From contig CDRNVI010000041.1 in NCBI GenBank assembly GCA_977017575.1, forward strand, positions 310,001 through 374,000: DNA of 64,000 bases. Reading direction: 5' to 3'. Below are positions 1-11,537 of the stretch, piece by piece. The stretch is from Paramoeba atlantica. Its lineage: Eukaryota > Protista > Discosea. Made by a program: the position numbers and the translations under genes. Within the stretch, counting starts at the first letter, position 1; each line of letters starts with the position of its first letter. A model generated the notes under the pieces. The model was not told the DNA's origin. It did no database searches and worked only from the letters and a program-made list of their open reading frames with translations.

Positions 1-57
1 CGCATGATGGTTACTCGTTTACTTCCTGAGGATCCGCTCTCTCCTACGGAGGTGTAA
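1..57 (+). pseudogene. C-terminal end of a clade-1 CRE-like retrotransposon ORF, cut by the window edge
   Basis: Translates RMMVTRLLPEDPLSPTEV*, matching the conserved end (RMMVSR...EDP) of the other ORFs; followed by the shared 3' module and poly(A) at about 487-506. Confidence 0.8.
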
Positions 58-125
58 ACGTTCGTAAACGTCGACCGCGCCCCTTTTGGCACGGGAACAC
101 GTTTGCGCCCATGAAGAGCTGGTCG

Positions 126-366
126 GGATGCTGGTCGAGTCGACAGAGTCTATACTCACGCCTAGCCCGCGAGGGCTAGGTACCTCAAGTGAGGTAGTAC
201 ACGGGTAGTGAATCTCCTCCCCGTCGGCCAGCATCCTGTTTCGTGACCGTGTCGCTGCCGACACAGGCCCGCGCCTGCGCCCTCCCATATAACAAGGGGG
301 AAGGGTTTACAAGTCAGGCCGTGGAGAGGTCGAAAGACCCGGTCCGGAACGCTCGAATGGATTGGG
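126..366 (+). ncRNA. Conserved structured 3' UTR RNA module, copy 1
   Basis: Closing helix 126-138/224-236, CCTAGCCC-GCGA-GGGCTAGG hairpin, GTGTCG-CTGC-CGACAC hairpin, GGTC-GAAA-GACC hairpin; recurs downstream of divergent ORFs. Confidence 0.75.
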
Positions 367-504
367 AATGGATTGCTTGTTTTTATTGTTATTGTTTTTA
401 TTGTTCTTATACTTACGGGAGATCGAATTGCTAGTTTTGGGCTCCAAAATATGAAATTGCTAATTTGATTGCTTGTTTAAAAAGACAAAAAAAAAAAAAA
501 AAAA

Positions 505-542
505 AACTTTAACGATAAAGATACAGTTTCTGTACCTTGTTG
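505..542 (+). other. Spliced-leader (mini-exon) sequence, 5'-truncated, at the head of element A
   Basis: AACTTTAACGATAAAGATACAGTTTCTGTACCTTGTTG carries the kinetoplastid SL core ACAGTTTCTGTAC...TTG; not followed by a GT intron. Confidence 0.85.
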
Positions 543-592
543 AATTATTTTTCCTTTCTTTAGTTACTCCCCGGGGATTAGCGTCCTTCCCC

Positions 593-3500
593 ATGAAAAG
601 CGATCAAAGTCTTCGATCTCGCGCAAGCCTAGACAAAAATCCACCTTCACCCCACATATTGACTAACACAAACGAAGGTAAGCTCAGCGAAGGCACTTTC
701 ACCGATGAAGAGCGTTCCCACCGACTCGGCAGTTGGGACCAGTTTGAGGGGAACAAACACTTGATCTCCACTGCAAGTACATACAACGAGCAACTTTATA
801 CCACGCCGATCCCCATGGATATTCCCGCGGAATGGATGGATCACGCACGCCAAATTGCACAGGAGAGGGAAACTCCAGACACGGGCCATACTGAGGCAGA
901 AAACGAGGAAATGCAACACTGTGGGGTAAGACGGCAGAGCACAACTCATGAAAACGCACCTGCATCTCGGACCCCCGACAAAGCACTGAAGCTTAATGCC
1001 GTAGTACAGGACGTCTCTCCCCGTCTGCTACACAACGTTTCTCCCTCGAAAGGACCCACGAAGACAGACACGAGGCATTCTAAACGAATACCGGCGACAG
1101 AGAAAAACCCTCCCTCACCTCTCCTAGCTGAGGCCAAGGACTCAGCCACCGAAGTTACACAAAACAGAGAAGAATTCCGAGAATGCTCGGCGATGGGATG
1201 CACTTGGCGGAGCCCGGCGCACGGGGTATCGTGGCAAGCGTTTTATAACCACGTCGCCTGTCGCCACGGTAGCAGCATCCCTGCCGCCTGGTGGGCTACA
1301 GAAGGTAGATTCCTGTGTGCTGCATGCGGGCGCTCTTACGATGTCAATAAAACGGAAACACACCCACAGTCCTGAAAGGGAAAGATGACAACCCCTCAAA
1401 GCCCATCACACATGTCACACCCAAGCGACGAAAGCCACCCACCCACAACTCAGATGCATCAACCCGAGCTTCCCTCGTTGGCCTCTATTTCTCAGACACA
1501 ATTGAGCACTTGCAAAGACGTCCCCGCCCGATGCCGTCATCTTTGGGGAGAAATCTTAACAAAAACGGCCGAAAACGCAGTCAAGGAAAACTCCCCCGCC
1601 GCGTGGACGTTATTCGCTATGCTCCCGAAGTGTCTCCTACCAGCTCCGCACCGAGGAGGACGCAAGCATCACACAACATACGCATCATTCGTCGAAAAGT
1701 GCATGAACCGATGGCTGGCGCAAGATTACGTACCCTTGTGGAATGATACAGTAAACAACGCCCTCAAAAAGCAATCCGCAACCCCTAACATAGTTCACGA
1801 TGAGGAGGAAAAAGCTGCCATCCGGTCAGAATTGCTGGTTCGACAAGGCGAGTACTCAAGAGGAATGGCAGCACTCACGGCTGACCCAATGGCTCCTGAC
1901 GACGAAGAAACGTATATCAAGCTTCAGAACAAACACCCGTGCCGCCTTTCAGACAGCGACGCCATCGATTACACCCCCCCACCAACAGCGCCCTTACAGG
2001 TAGATGAAGCGACAGTCGCGAAAACCATCAAAAGCTTTCACCGAGGCTCCTCCGCCGGAACCATGGGCCTACGCCCAGAACACCTACAAGTGGCACTCCT
2101 AGCGCAGGTAGACAACACTACGAAACCTCTCAAAGCTATTACAAACCTCGTAAATCACCTTCTAGCCGGTAAAGCCCCTCTAGAGGTTCAACCGTATTTC
2201 GCCGGAGCCAGACTTTGCGCCTTAGAAAAGGGCGAAAACGACGTCCGACCCATAGCTGCGGGGGAAACTATTCGTCGATTGGTCAGCAAAACTGCGTGCA
2301 ACGTAGTTAAAGCCAAGGCAAGCGGCATATTCGCAGGGCTACAGTTCGGAGTGGCGACACCAGTCGGAGCTGAACGCATAATCCACACTTGTCGACAAGC
2401 CATGGCCATCCACACTGATAACCCTGACTTTGTTCTTTGCAAAGTAGACCTCAGAAACGCCTCTAACAACGTTAGCAGAACCGCCTTCCTGAAGCTTGTA
2501 AGCGAGCACTTCCCAGAATTATTCCCATGGGCAAGCTGGTGCTATACCACCACTAGTGCATTGACTTACCGAACCCACACGCTCCTATCGGACGAAGGTG
2601 TCCAACAAGGGGACCCCCTCGGACCTCTTTTCTTCTCCCTGGTCGCCCTGGAATTAGCAAACGAAATCAATCACCAGGCCGACTTGGACCTACAATTATG
2701 GTACCTTGACGACGGGGTTCTCATAGGCAAGGCCCAAGACACCAGAAATGCACTGGACACGATCGCCAGGGTAGGCCCTCGCTGGGGCTTGCACTTGAAC
2801 ATGTCGAAGTGTGAAATCATTACCTCCCCTGCCTCGGCTAACGTGACAAATTTGTTTCCCGACATACCGGACACCAAAATCAAAGTACGTGGCGACTTTA
2901 GCGTTCTAGGAAGTCCGATTGGATCCCCAGAGTATTGCTCCGAATACCTGACAACGCACGCCATTGAACCAGCAGAAACGGCGTTAGAAGCTATAACTAG
3001 AATCAAAGACCCACAGGTTTCAATGGCGCTTATTCGGCAATGCGCCGGGTTCTGCAAAATGGTCCACGCTCTCCGCACGACCCCACCACAATCACTTACA
3101 CTTTTATGCGAGCGTCTGGATGATTTTCTCATGCACGCGGTAGAGTCATGTTTATGCCCCTTGCCTCCCTCTGCACGGTCCCAAATTCAGCGCCTGAAAA
3201 AACACGGAGGATTCGGGTTACGGTCAGCATCCTTTCACGCAACCTCAGCCTACGTTTCCTCGGTTGCTTTTGCAGCAGACATGGACTCTTGGGATCCATC
3301 CGAAGTAGAAGGCTTTCTATCATCTATTGACGACATAAACGCGAAGGTTGGCACCAAGCTTCTCAACTCAAGTGGCCGTGTGTGCACTATCCCGCACCAC
3401 AAATGCGAAGAATTTCCTCCGAGGCATCGCCCCGCAAAGCGCCCACGCCAGCCGGATACCCATGATCCTACTTCATCTGCGAATCCCCCTTCCCTTCCAC

Positions 3501-4490
3501 ACGATCGCCCCCCCTTGTCACCCGATGATCTCCCCCCTACGTCATGCCCATTGTATGCAACGGAGGATTGCTTTGACGCGAAGCTGCCGGACTGGGCGAA
3601 AAAGGGTATCCCCCGCCAAAGGGACATAAGCCACGCGATTTCGGCTACGGAATTTTCGCGAGCTTATGAAAAGGCTGACGCCAGGACTCGCGCACGTTGG
3701 GTCTCCCAGAGCGGGAAAGGGGCCAATAGCTGGGCTTTCGTAACGCCATCCAAAGACACTGGTCACGCCTTCACCCCAACAGAATTCCGTACCTTGTCCC
3801 GCTGGTGGTTGGGGGTACCAGTCTACGGGGAAGAATCAAAATGCCCCAGGGAGAACTGCACGCTCCCCCTTGACATACACGGAGACCATGCTCTCACGTG
3901 TAAGCATGGGGAAGGTATCATCCGGCGACACCACTCGTTAGTCGATCAGTTTGCTGCCACCTGCAGCCAGGCCCACCTAGCACCCCAGCGCGAGAAAAGC
4001 CTCGGGAATAGGGGCCCAGGGGGTGCCTTGACCAGACCGGGGGACGTCTTCATGCCGAGCCTCTTCCTCGGAAAACCTATAGTGCTTGACTTCGCGGTCA
4101 CTCACGCCCAGCAATCAAAATACACGGACACAGTCCAAATGCTAGCTGGGTGCACATGTTCCAAATGCTAGCTGGGTGGCCGCGGGGTCTTTCGCTGAGC
4201 ACTACGCCTCCGACCAGAAAGCTCGACAGCGCCGTGAATCTGAGTCGGCGGGAAGCGACTTCACAGCAATGGTCGTAGAGAGCTACGGCTCTTGGAGCTC
4301 TAGTGCCTTAGCAGTACTTCGGAAAGTAGGAGAACGTCGGGCCAAAGCGTCCAACGGCATTCTCAGTGACGGAGCAACTACGTTACAGCTCGTCACAGAC
4401 TTGAACATAACGCTGATGCGTCGCCAGGCACGTATGATGATATCAAGAATGCCGGTAGACGACCTTCCCACTCCGCTGATCGAGCAATAG
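593..4490 (+). pseudogene. LsmAD-like + zinc fingers + RT + REL endonuclease polyprotein (family A)
   Basis: RPIAAGE, GVQQGDPLGPLFF, WYLDDG, GGFGLR, RHH, TRPGDV, LDFAVTH motifs. In-frame TGA at 1373-1375 where other copies have Cys; 26-nt duplication-insertion near 4135-4176 shifts the frame; NAFN is changed to NASN. Confidence 0.9.
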
Positions 4491-4588
4491 CTTGGTAACG
4501 GAGTAAGTAGCCCTCGTGGGATAATCGTTTCCTAACCACACCGTTGTCGGCACAGGCCCACGTTAGCGCCCTCGGAAACAACTGATCT

Positions 4589-4830
4589 GGAAGCTGGTCG
4601 AGTCGACAGAGTCTATGCTCACGCCTAGCTCGCCGAGGGCTAGGTACCCCAAGTGAGGTAGTACACGGGTAGTGAATCTCCTCCCCGTCGACCAGCTTCC
4701 TGTTTCGCGACCGTGTCGCTGTCGACACAGGCCCGCGCCTGCGCCCTCCCATATAACAAGGGAAGGGTCCACAAGTCAGGCCGTGGTGAGGTCGAAAGAC
4801 CCGGTCCGGAACGCGCGGATGGATTGGGCG
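4589..4830 (+). ncRNA. Conserved 3' RNA module copy
   Basis: GGAAGCTGGTCGA (4589) pairs perfectly with TCGACCAGCTTCC (4688), a compensatory change relative to copy 1. Confidence 0.75.
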
Positions 4831-5059
4831 TGGATTGCTTCCTTTTTTATTATTATTGTTATCAGAATCATAAATAACTTAAGGCAGGTTGAATTACTAG
4901 TTTTGGGCTACAACATGTGAAATTGCTAATTTGCTTGCTTGTTTACAAATCATATACCCCCCCCAATGGACCTTCATGGTTCATGTATTGGGTAATATAG
5001 AGGCAATGCCGCGTTTCATACTTCTCCCCCCTTATTAATCGCATAAAAAAAAAAAAAAA

Positions 5060-6595
5060 CGAACCCTGCCTCGGCACACCAAACTGCTCTTTTTTCCGAT
5101 ATTCCGGAACCCAAGATAAACCGCGAAGGAAATTTTGACATTCTTGGGAGCCCCATAGGCTCTGCTCAACATTGCATAGATTTCCTTACGACACACGCCG
5201 TGGAACCGGCAGAAGAGACCCTGGAAGCTATAGAAATGCTCGAAGATCCTCAAATTGCCTTGTCATTGATCAGAAAGTGTGCGGGTTTTTGTCAAATGGT
5301 CCATTCGCTTCGAACTACCCCACCACATGAGCTTTCTGCACTCTGTCAGCGCCTTGATGAAGCAGTCCTCCATGCGTATGAATGGAATATATGCCCGCTT
5401 AGCTCCTCAGCTCGATCACAAGTTCAACGCCCGAAACGGTATGGAGGTTTTGGTCTCCGATCTGCATCTGCGCACCGCTCAGCGGCGTACGTGTCTTCAG
5501 TTGCTTTTGCTGCAGAGACGGATCGTTGGCTACCGTCAGATGCAGAAGGATTCTCTTCCGCAGTCCTGGACATCAATCGCCGGAGCGGAGGCCCCGTAGT
5601 TGATCCGGACACGGGAAGAGCATTAGAGGAGATCAGCTCCCCTTTTCCGACAGGATCTAGTCAAAGTACAGAAACGGACAATTCTTGCACCCCCCGTCAA
5701 CGTGCCTTGAGCGACGCAATCTCGGCGCACGAATTTTCATGTGCGTACGCAGCGGCGGACAGTAGCACTCGCGCGAGGTACACCTCTCAGACTGGAGATG
5801 GGGCCAGCAGCACACGTGCTCCAAGGCGAATTTATCACCTTCACGTGAGGTAAGCCTGGGGAACCTAGGGCCTGGCGGCTGTCCCACGAGGCCGGGCGAT
5901 GTCTTTATTCCGGGCTATGAGAAAGCTCAAGGTCTGGTGCTTGATTTTGCTGTCACCCACGTTCAGCAACCTAAATACACGGACTTAGTCCGCAACGCTA
6001 ACGGGGTGGCGGCAGGATCATTTGCGGAGCACTACGCCGCTTCTCACAAGGTGAAAGAGAGAGAGGAGGCGGAACAAGCAAAACATGTGTTTGTTGCCAT
6101 GGTGGTAGAATCATATGGTGCTTGGAGTGCAAGTGCCCTATCAATCCTTAGATGGGTTTGGAAGCATCGCGCCTCATGTTCCCAGGGGACTCTATCTCAA
6201 GAAGCAGCTACCCGTCAGCTGCTTCAAGAGCTTAACCTCACCCTGATGCGTTCTCAATCGAGAATGCTTGTCTCACGCATGCCGGCTGAAGATCCACAAC
6301 CGGCACTTATTTTGCAGTAGCCTAAACCAAGGCTCGCGGATACCGGCATGTTCGAAGGCTGAGGGTGCTGGTCTCGTCGACAGAGTCTATACTCACGCCT
6401 AGTCCGTCAGGGCTAGGTACCCCAAGTGAGGTAGTACACGGGTAGTGAATCTCCTCCCCGTCGGCCCGCATCCTGTTTCGCGACCGTGTCGCTGTCGACA
6501 CAGGCCCGCGCCTGCGCCCTCCCGTATAACAAGGGAAGGGTCCACAAGTCAGGCCGTGGAGAGGTCGAAAGACCCGGTCCGGAACGCGCGAATGG
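5060..6595 (+). mobile_element. 5'-truncated family C fragment with an internal deletion of about 230 bp
   Basis: Near-identical to 48253-50014; deletion junction at about 5811 causes a frameshift; includes a 3' module at 6362-6595. Confidence 0.9.
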
Positions 6596-6875
6596 TTGAG
6601 GAGTCGCCTGCAGGCCGGGTGAGGCGAAGCTGAGGGAGACCTTACCCCCCTGAAAAGTTGAAAAGTTGGGTAGGGGAAAGCAGGAAAGTAGGGAGAAAGG
6701 TGGGAAAAGTATGTCAAGAGGTGAGAAAGAGGAGAAAGAGAGAGAAAAATTTTCTTTATTTGCATAAAAACAATATAAAAAAAAAAAAAAACTTCAATTT
6801 GCGCCGTATGCTCAATGGAGGCTTTTTCAAATAAATTCGGATTTCTCGAGAGTTTGACAAAAAAAAAAAAAAAAA
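6596..6875 (+). repeat. Purine-rich 3' tail (type P1) + poly(A) + 68-nt segment + poly(A)
   Basis: The same tail recurs at 11341-11537, 21766-22036 and 50015-50182. Confidence 0.75.
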
Positions 6876-6906
6876 CGAATAAAGATACAGTTTCTGTACC
6901 TTGTTG
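6876..6906 (+). other. SL exon nt 13-42 (one extra A) at the head of element B
   Basis: poly(A) then CGAATAAAGATACAGTTTCTGTACCTTGTTG. Confidence 0.85.
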
Positions 6907-6937
6907 AATTATTTTTTTTATCTCATTCTTACGCCCT

Positions 6938-9900
6938 ATGGTCACAACCCGATCCAAAGCTAAGCAGGGCACAGGTTTCGAACGAGAAGCGAACGAGCAT
7001 GAGCTAGGGTCATGGAATCAATTTGAAGCAAACAAACATCTCGTGGAGGGAGTAAGCACATACGATGAGAGTCTATATACCACTCCTCTCCCACGCGATC
7101 CCTCGTCTGAATTGTCGGAACGTGCCGAAAAGATTGCCCGCGACATTAAAGACTCGGTAGAAGGTGAAACGCCAGACACAGGGCACCAGAACACAGCCAC
7201 CGAAGAAGAACTTTTCTCTAGCATCCTCCCGGCCGTGAGTTCGTCGACCGAGAGTTCCGAGTTTCAGTTTGAAGGAACCCACCCATCTTCACTCAGCCAG
7301 CTCAAAAAATCTAATCAGGCTGTGAAGGGGAAGGTCCTCAGGTCGAGCCGCTCCGAATACGACTATGAGGAAAATAAGTTAGCATTTCCCGATCTTACAC
7401 CTCCGGATCTCGATTTCTCAGTGGCCAAAAGTTGTAGAGGACGCAAAAAGAAGAAACGCCCGAAGGGTATCACTCTCTCCCAGTTGAGTACGAGGCTCGG
7501 GGCTACTGTCGAGCTGAGTGCCGAGTCCGGGGTGGACAGCGAAGACCGGGACAACACAGACTCCATTTTGAACTCCTCCAAGCCATGTACTCCTGTAGCA
7601 GAACATGTGGACAACTCCTCGGGAGAAATGTTCCACGACGGACGGAACCGAACCACATCGCCAGGGAAACGTAAACGTCACTAGGTGTCGAAAATCAGGC
7701 CCGCCGAGCCCATGGGCGCCGAGAAACCCCACCACATAGCCAAGACACTCCACGCTACACGAGAAGAGGCATCCACGAGAAGAGGGCATCCACGAGAAGA
7801 GGCATCCATCGAAAATGTAAACGTACGGAAGTGCCATTTCCAGGGATGCGTATGGAAAACATTGTCTCACGGGGGGCAGTGGCAAGCATTCTATAACCAC
7901 ATAGCCCACAGACACGGGGACCAGGTCCCGGATACGTGGTGGATAGAAGAAGGTCGCTTTCTTTGCAAGGAGTGCAACAAACACTATGACCTAGGCAAAC
8001 GGGACACGCACACGAAGAGTTGCACGTCCCGCCGTTCACTACCTCAAATCCCACAGACAACCCCTCCGAGCAGCAACATCATCCCTGCAGCGAATCCTCA
8101 TCTTAATGACACCCCCCAACCAGATCTTCGCGCGGCCTCCGCACCAGCTGACCAATCCACGGAAAGTCAGAGCGCCCAGGTCGATCTACCCCTTCCGAGT
8201 TTATCTTCCGTGAGCGCTCTGCCAATAAATACTTGCAAGGACATCCCAGATAGCTGCCGACAAGAATGGGCCAAGACGCTTTGTGGATGTATATCCACGG
8301 CGATCTGCGAAAACACACTCCAAGCGTGGACGCTTCTCGCCATGTTGCCCAAGTGCGTTTTACCTGCCCCCCACCGCGGAGGTAACCGCGCGAAAGCGTC
8401 GTACGCTTCCCATGTGAAGAAGTGTCTAGCTAGATGGCGCAATGGAGAATTCTTAGCGCTATGGAACGAAGCGGTTTCTAGTCTCGTACGGAAAAAGAAA
8501 AGTGTAGCACAAGCGCAAGACATTGACGACGAAATCAAGAAAGCGGCTTTACGCGCTAAACGGCTTGTTCGCGACTCGGAGCTTTCTCGCGCTATGACTG
8601 CCCTGACTTCTGAACCTCTCGCCCCTGACGATGAAGCGACCCATGCGAAACTCCTGTCTAAGCACCCACCCAGACTCTCCACCTCCAACGTGGACTGCTT
8701 TCCGGCTCGGGACGTTGAGCCACTTAAAGCGACTGAGGAAGAAGTGGCCGAAGCTCTTTCCAACTTTCACCGAGGGTCCTCAGGTGGGGCCTTTGGTCTG
8801 CGACCCGAGCACCTTCAGACAGCCATGCAATATCATCACGACGCTTATACCGACCCTCTGGGCACTCTCACTAAGTTCGTCAACCACATGCTCGCAGGAA
8901 AAGTGCCGTTAGAAGTCAAAGGTCACTATGCAGGTGGTCGATTGTGCGCCCTGAAGAAAGGGGAACGTGACGTACGCCCTATTGCCGCAGGGGAAACTCT
9001 TCGTCGCCTGACAAGCAAAGTAGCCTGCTTCGCGGCTAAAGAACAACCCCGCAAACTTTTCAAAGGACACCAGTATGGTGTAGCCACACCTGCGGGTTCA
9101 GAGCGTGTGATACATCTCTGCCGGAAGACCATCGCTGAACACATTGACGACGACGACTTCATACTTTGTAAAGTCGATCTAAAAAACGCATTTAATAATG
9201 TTTCGCGAGATTCTTTTACGGCCCTAGCGCGCCGCCACTTCCCTAAACTGGGTTGCTATGTGGAATGGTGCTACAATGCGGGAAGCATTCTTACCTTTGG
9301 TTCCCGGACCATCGAATCCTCCGAAGGGGTACAGCAAGGCGACCCGCTTGGACCTCTTCTTTTCTCACTGGTCATGAAAGAAGTCGCATGGAAAATCCGT
9401 GTGGCCGCCCCAAACCTCGACCTCAACATGTGGTTCTTGGATGACGGGGTACTAGCAGGACCATCTTGCGACGTACGGCATGCTCTAGACGTGATTGCGA
9501 TAACCGGCCCAAAATGGGGATTACACCTCAACGTAGCAAAGTGCGAGCTTATATCACACCCCGCTTCCTCCCACCGTTATTCCCTTTTCCCCGACATTCC
9601 CGGTTTGAACAAAAATGGGGAAGGTAATTTCCATATTTTGGGGAGCCCGGTTGGATCCACCCAATTTTGCCGAGAGTTCTTCCTCAAAAACGCAATCGAC
9701 TTAGCCGAAGAGTCGTTGGAGGCCATAACCACGCTTGATGATCCCCAGATTGCATTGTCTCTGATCCGACACTGTACAGGTTTCTGTCAAATGGTGTACT
9801 CTCTCAGATCCACTCCGACCGCTGAACTACAGGATATCTGCAAACGCCTAGACGATGCCGTCCAGCGTACCACTGAACACTTCTTTCGCCCTCTGAGCGA

Positions 9901-11056
9901 TGGGGCCCGACGCCAGGCGCAACGTGAAAACCGGTACGGGGGGTTGGGGCTCCGGTCAGCGGAGGAACACGCGAGTTCCGCCTACGTAGCCTCCGTCGCT
10001 TTTGCATCAAACAAAGACCGGTGGGACCCAGAGGACGCTGAGGGGTTCACCCAAGCTGTTCGGGAGGTCAACAAACGCACCGGGACGGCAGTCATCGAAC
10101 AGTGCGGATTAATATCAAAAAGCCTCGCATTGTCGATGACCACGCTTAACTCGAATAACGATGCACAAGAACCTAGCACAGAGCTGGTAATTCCTCGCCA
10201 ACGCGATCTGAGTCATGCCATCGCTTCCTACGAATTTCGGGAGTCGTTTGCTCGTGCCGACCTTCGAACGAGGGCCAGATGGACATCGGAAACGGGAGAA
10301 GGGGCCTCGGAGTGGGCTTTCGTAATCCCCTCCAAGAAAAGCGGCTTAGCCTACACACCGACTGAATTCCGTACTCTTGTGCGTTGGTGGCTCGGGGATA
10401 CTATTTACCCAGCTTTCCGGCCCTGTCCTCTGGAGAAATGCTCGTTGCCGCTTGACCCCGAGGGTGACCACGCACTGGTATGCAAGTGCGGGCACGGCAT
10501 AATCGCACGGCACAACGCCATTGCGGGACAGTTCACAACAGAGTGTGCCAAAGCCGGGTTTACCCCACGGCGAGAAGTGAGTCTGGGGAATACGGGCCCC
10601 GGAGGCACCCTCACCAGGCCAGCGGACGTATTTCTTTCCACATTCGACGTAGGCCAGTCTCTCGTATTAGACTTCGCTGTCACTCACGTCCAGCAGCCAA
10701 AGTATACGGACTTAGTCCGTGACGCTAACTGGGTGGCAGCGGGGTCTTTCGCGGAGCGCTACGCGACGGAAAACAAAAAGAAACAAAGAGAGGAAGCAGA
10801 AGCCGCACGCCACAGGTTTAGTGCTATGGTGGTGGAGACCTACGGGGCATGGAGTCCCAGTGCCTTCGCCATTCTCAAGGAGGTAGCTGCTTCACGGTAA
10901 GCGTACTCCGGGGGACTCTCGAAGGGTGAAGCCCTTCATCAACTGGTGACAACGCTGAACGTCGCCCTCATGAGGACACAAGCTCGTATGCTTGTACTGC
11001 GCCTCCCCGCAGCCTCCCCCGATATCTGTGTTAATGGGTACGGGAACGAAGAGTAG
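6938..11056 (+). pseudogene. CRE-like family B polyprotein (LsmAD-like, C2H2/CCHC fingers, RT, REL) with two in-frame stops
   Basis: One frame throughout with TAG at 7682-7684 and TAA at 10898-10900 (TCA in the copy at about 52277); RT and REL motifs otherwise intact. Confidence 0.9.
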
Positions 11057-11537
11057 TCTTAGTGGAACCCGCGGCTTTTCTTGGGAGTTTTCTTGGGTGG
11101 GGGGCCCTTTTCTATGATGGGGGGATGTGGCCAGCGTCCGGATTTCCTGCGGATTTTAAGGTACGGGGTTGGCGTTTTGAAGGGAGGTAGGGGTTTGCTA
11201 GTTTTTGGTTTGCTAGTTTCGGGATTAAGACTTTTGGATACGTAATTGGACAGTTGTAACAAATGCAAAACACATTGCTATCAAAAAAAAAATGTAAACT
11301 TGAGAAAGTAATTTCGATTCCGTCAAAAAAAAAAAAAAAAGTGAGGCGAAGCTGAGGGAGACCTTACCCCCCATGAAAAGTTGAAAAGTTGGGTAGGGGA
11401 AAGCAGGAAAGTAGGGAGAAAGGTGGGAAAAGTATGTCAAGAGGTGAGAAAGAGGAGAAAGAGAGAGAAAAATTTTCTTTATTTGCATAAAAACAATATA
11501 AAATTGCTAATTTAAAAAAAAAAAAAAAAAAAAAAAA

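Larger units (their letters stand above)
505..5059 (+). mobile_element. CRE-like non-LTR retrotransposon family A, full length and disrupted
   Basis: SL head, ORF 593-4490, 3' module, AT-rich tail, poly(A) 5045-5059. Confidence 0.9.

Noticed and set aside
19-288. Recurrent minus-strand ORF MGGRRRGPVS... and plus-strand MNLLPV... over the 3' module
   Set aside because: Starts, ends and lengths differ between copies; recurrence is explained by nucleotide conservation of the RNA module
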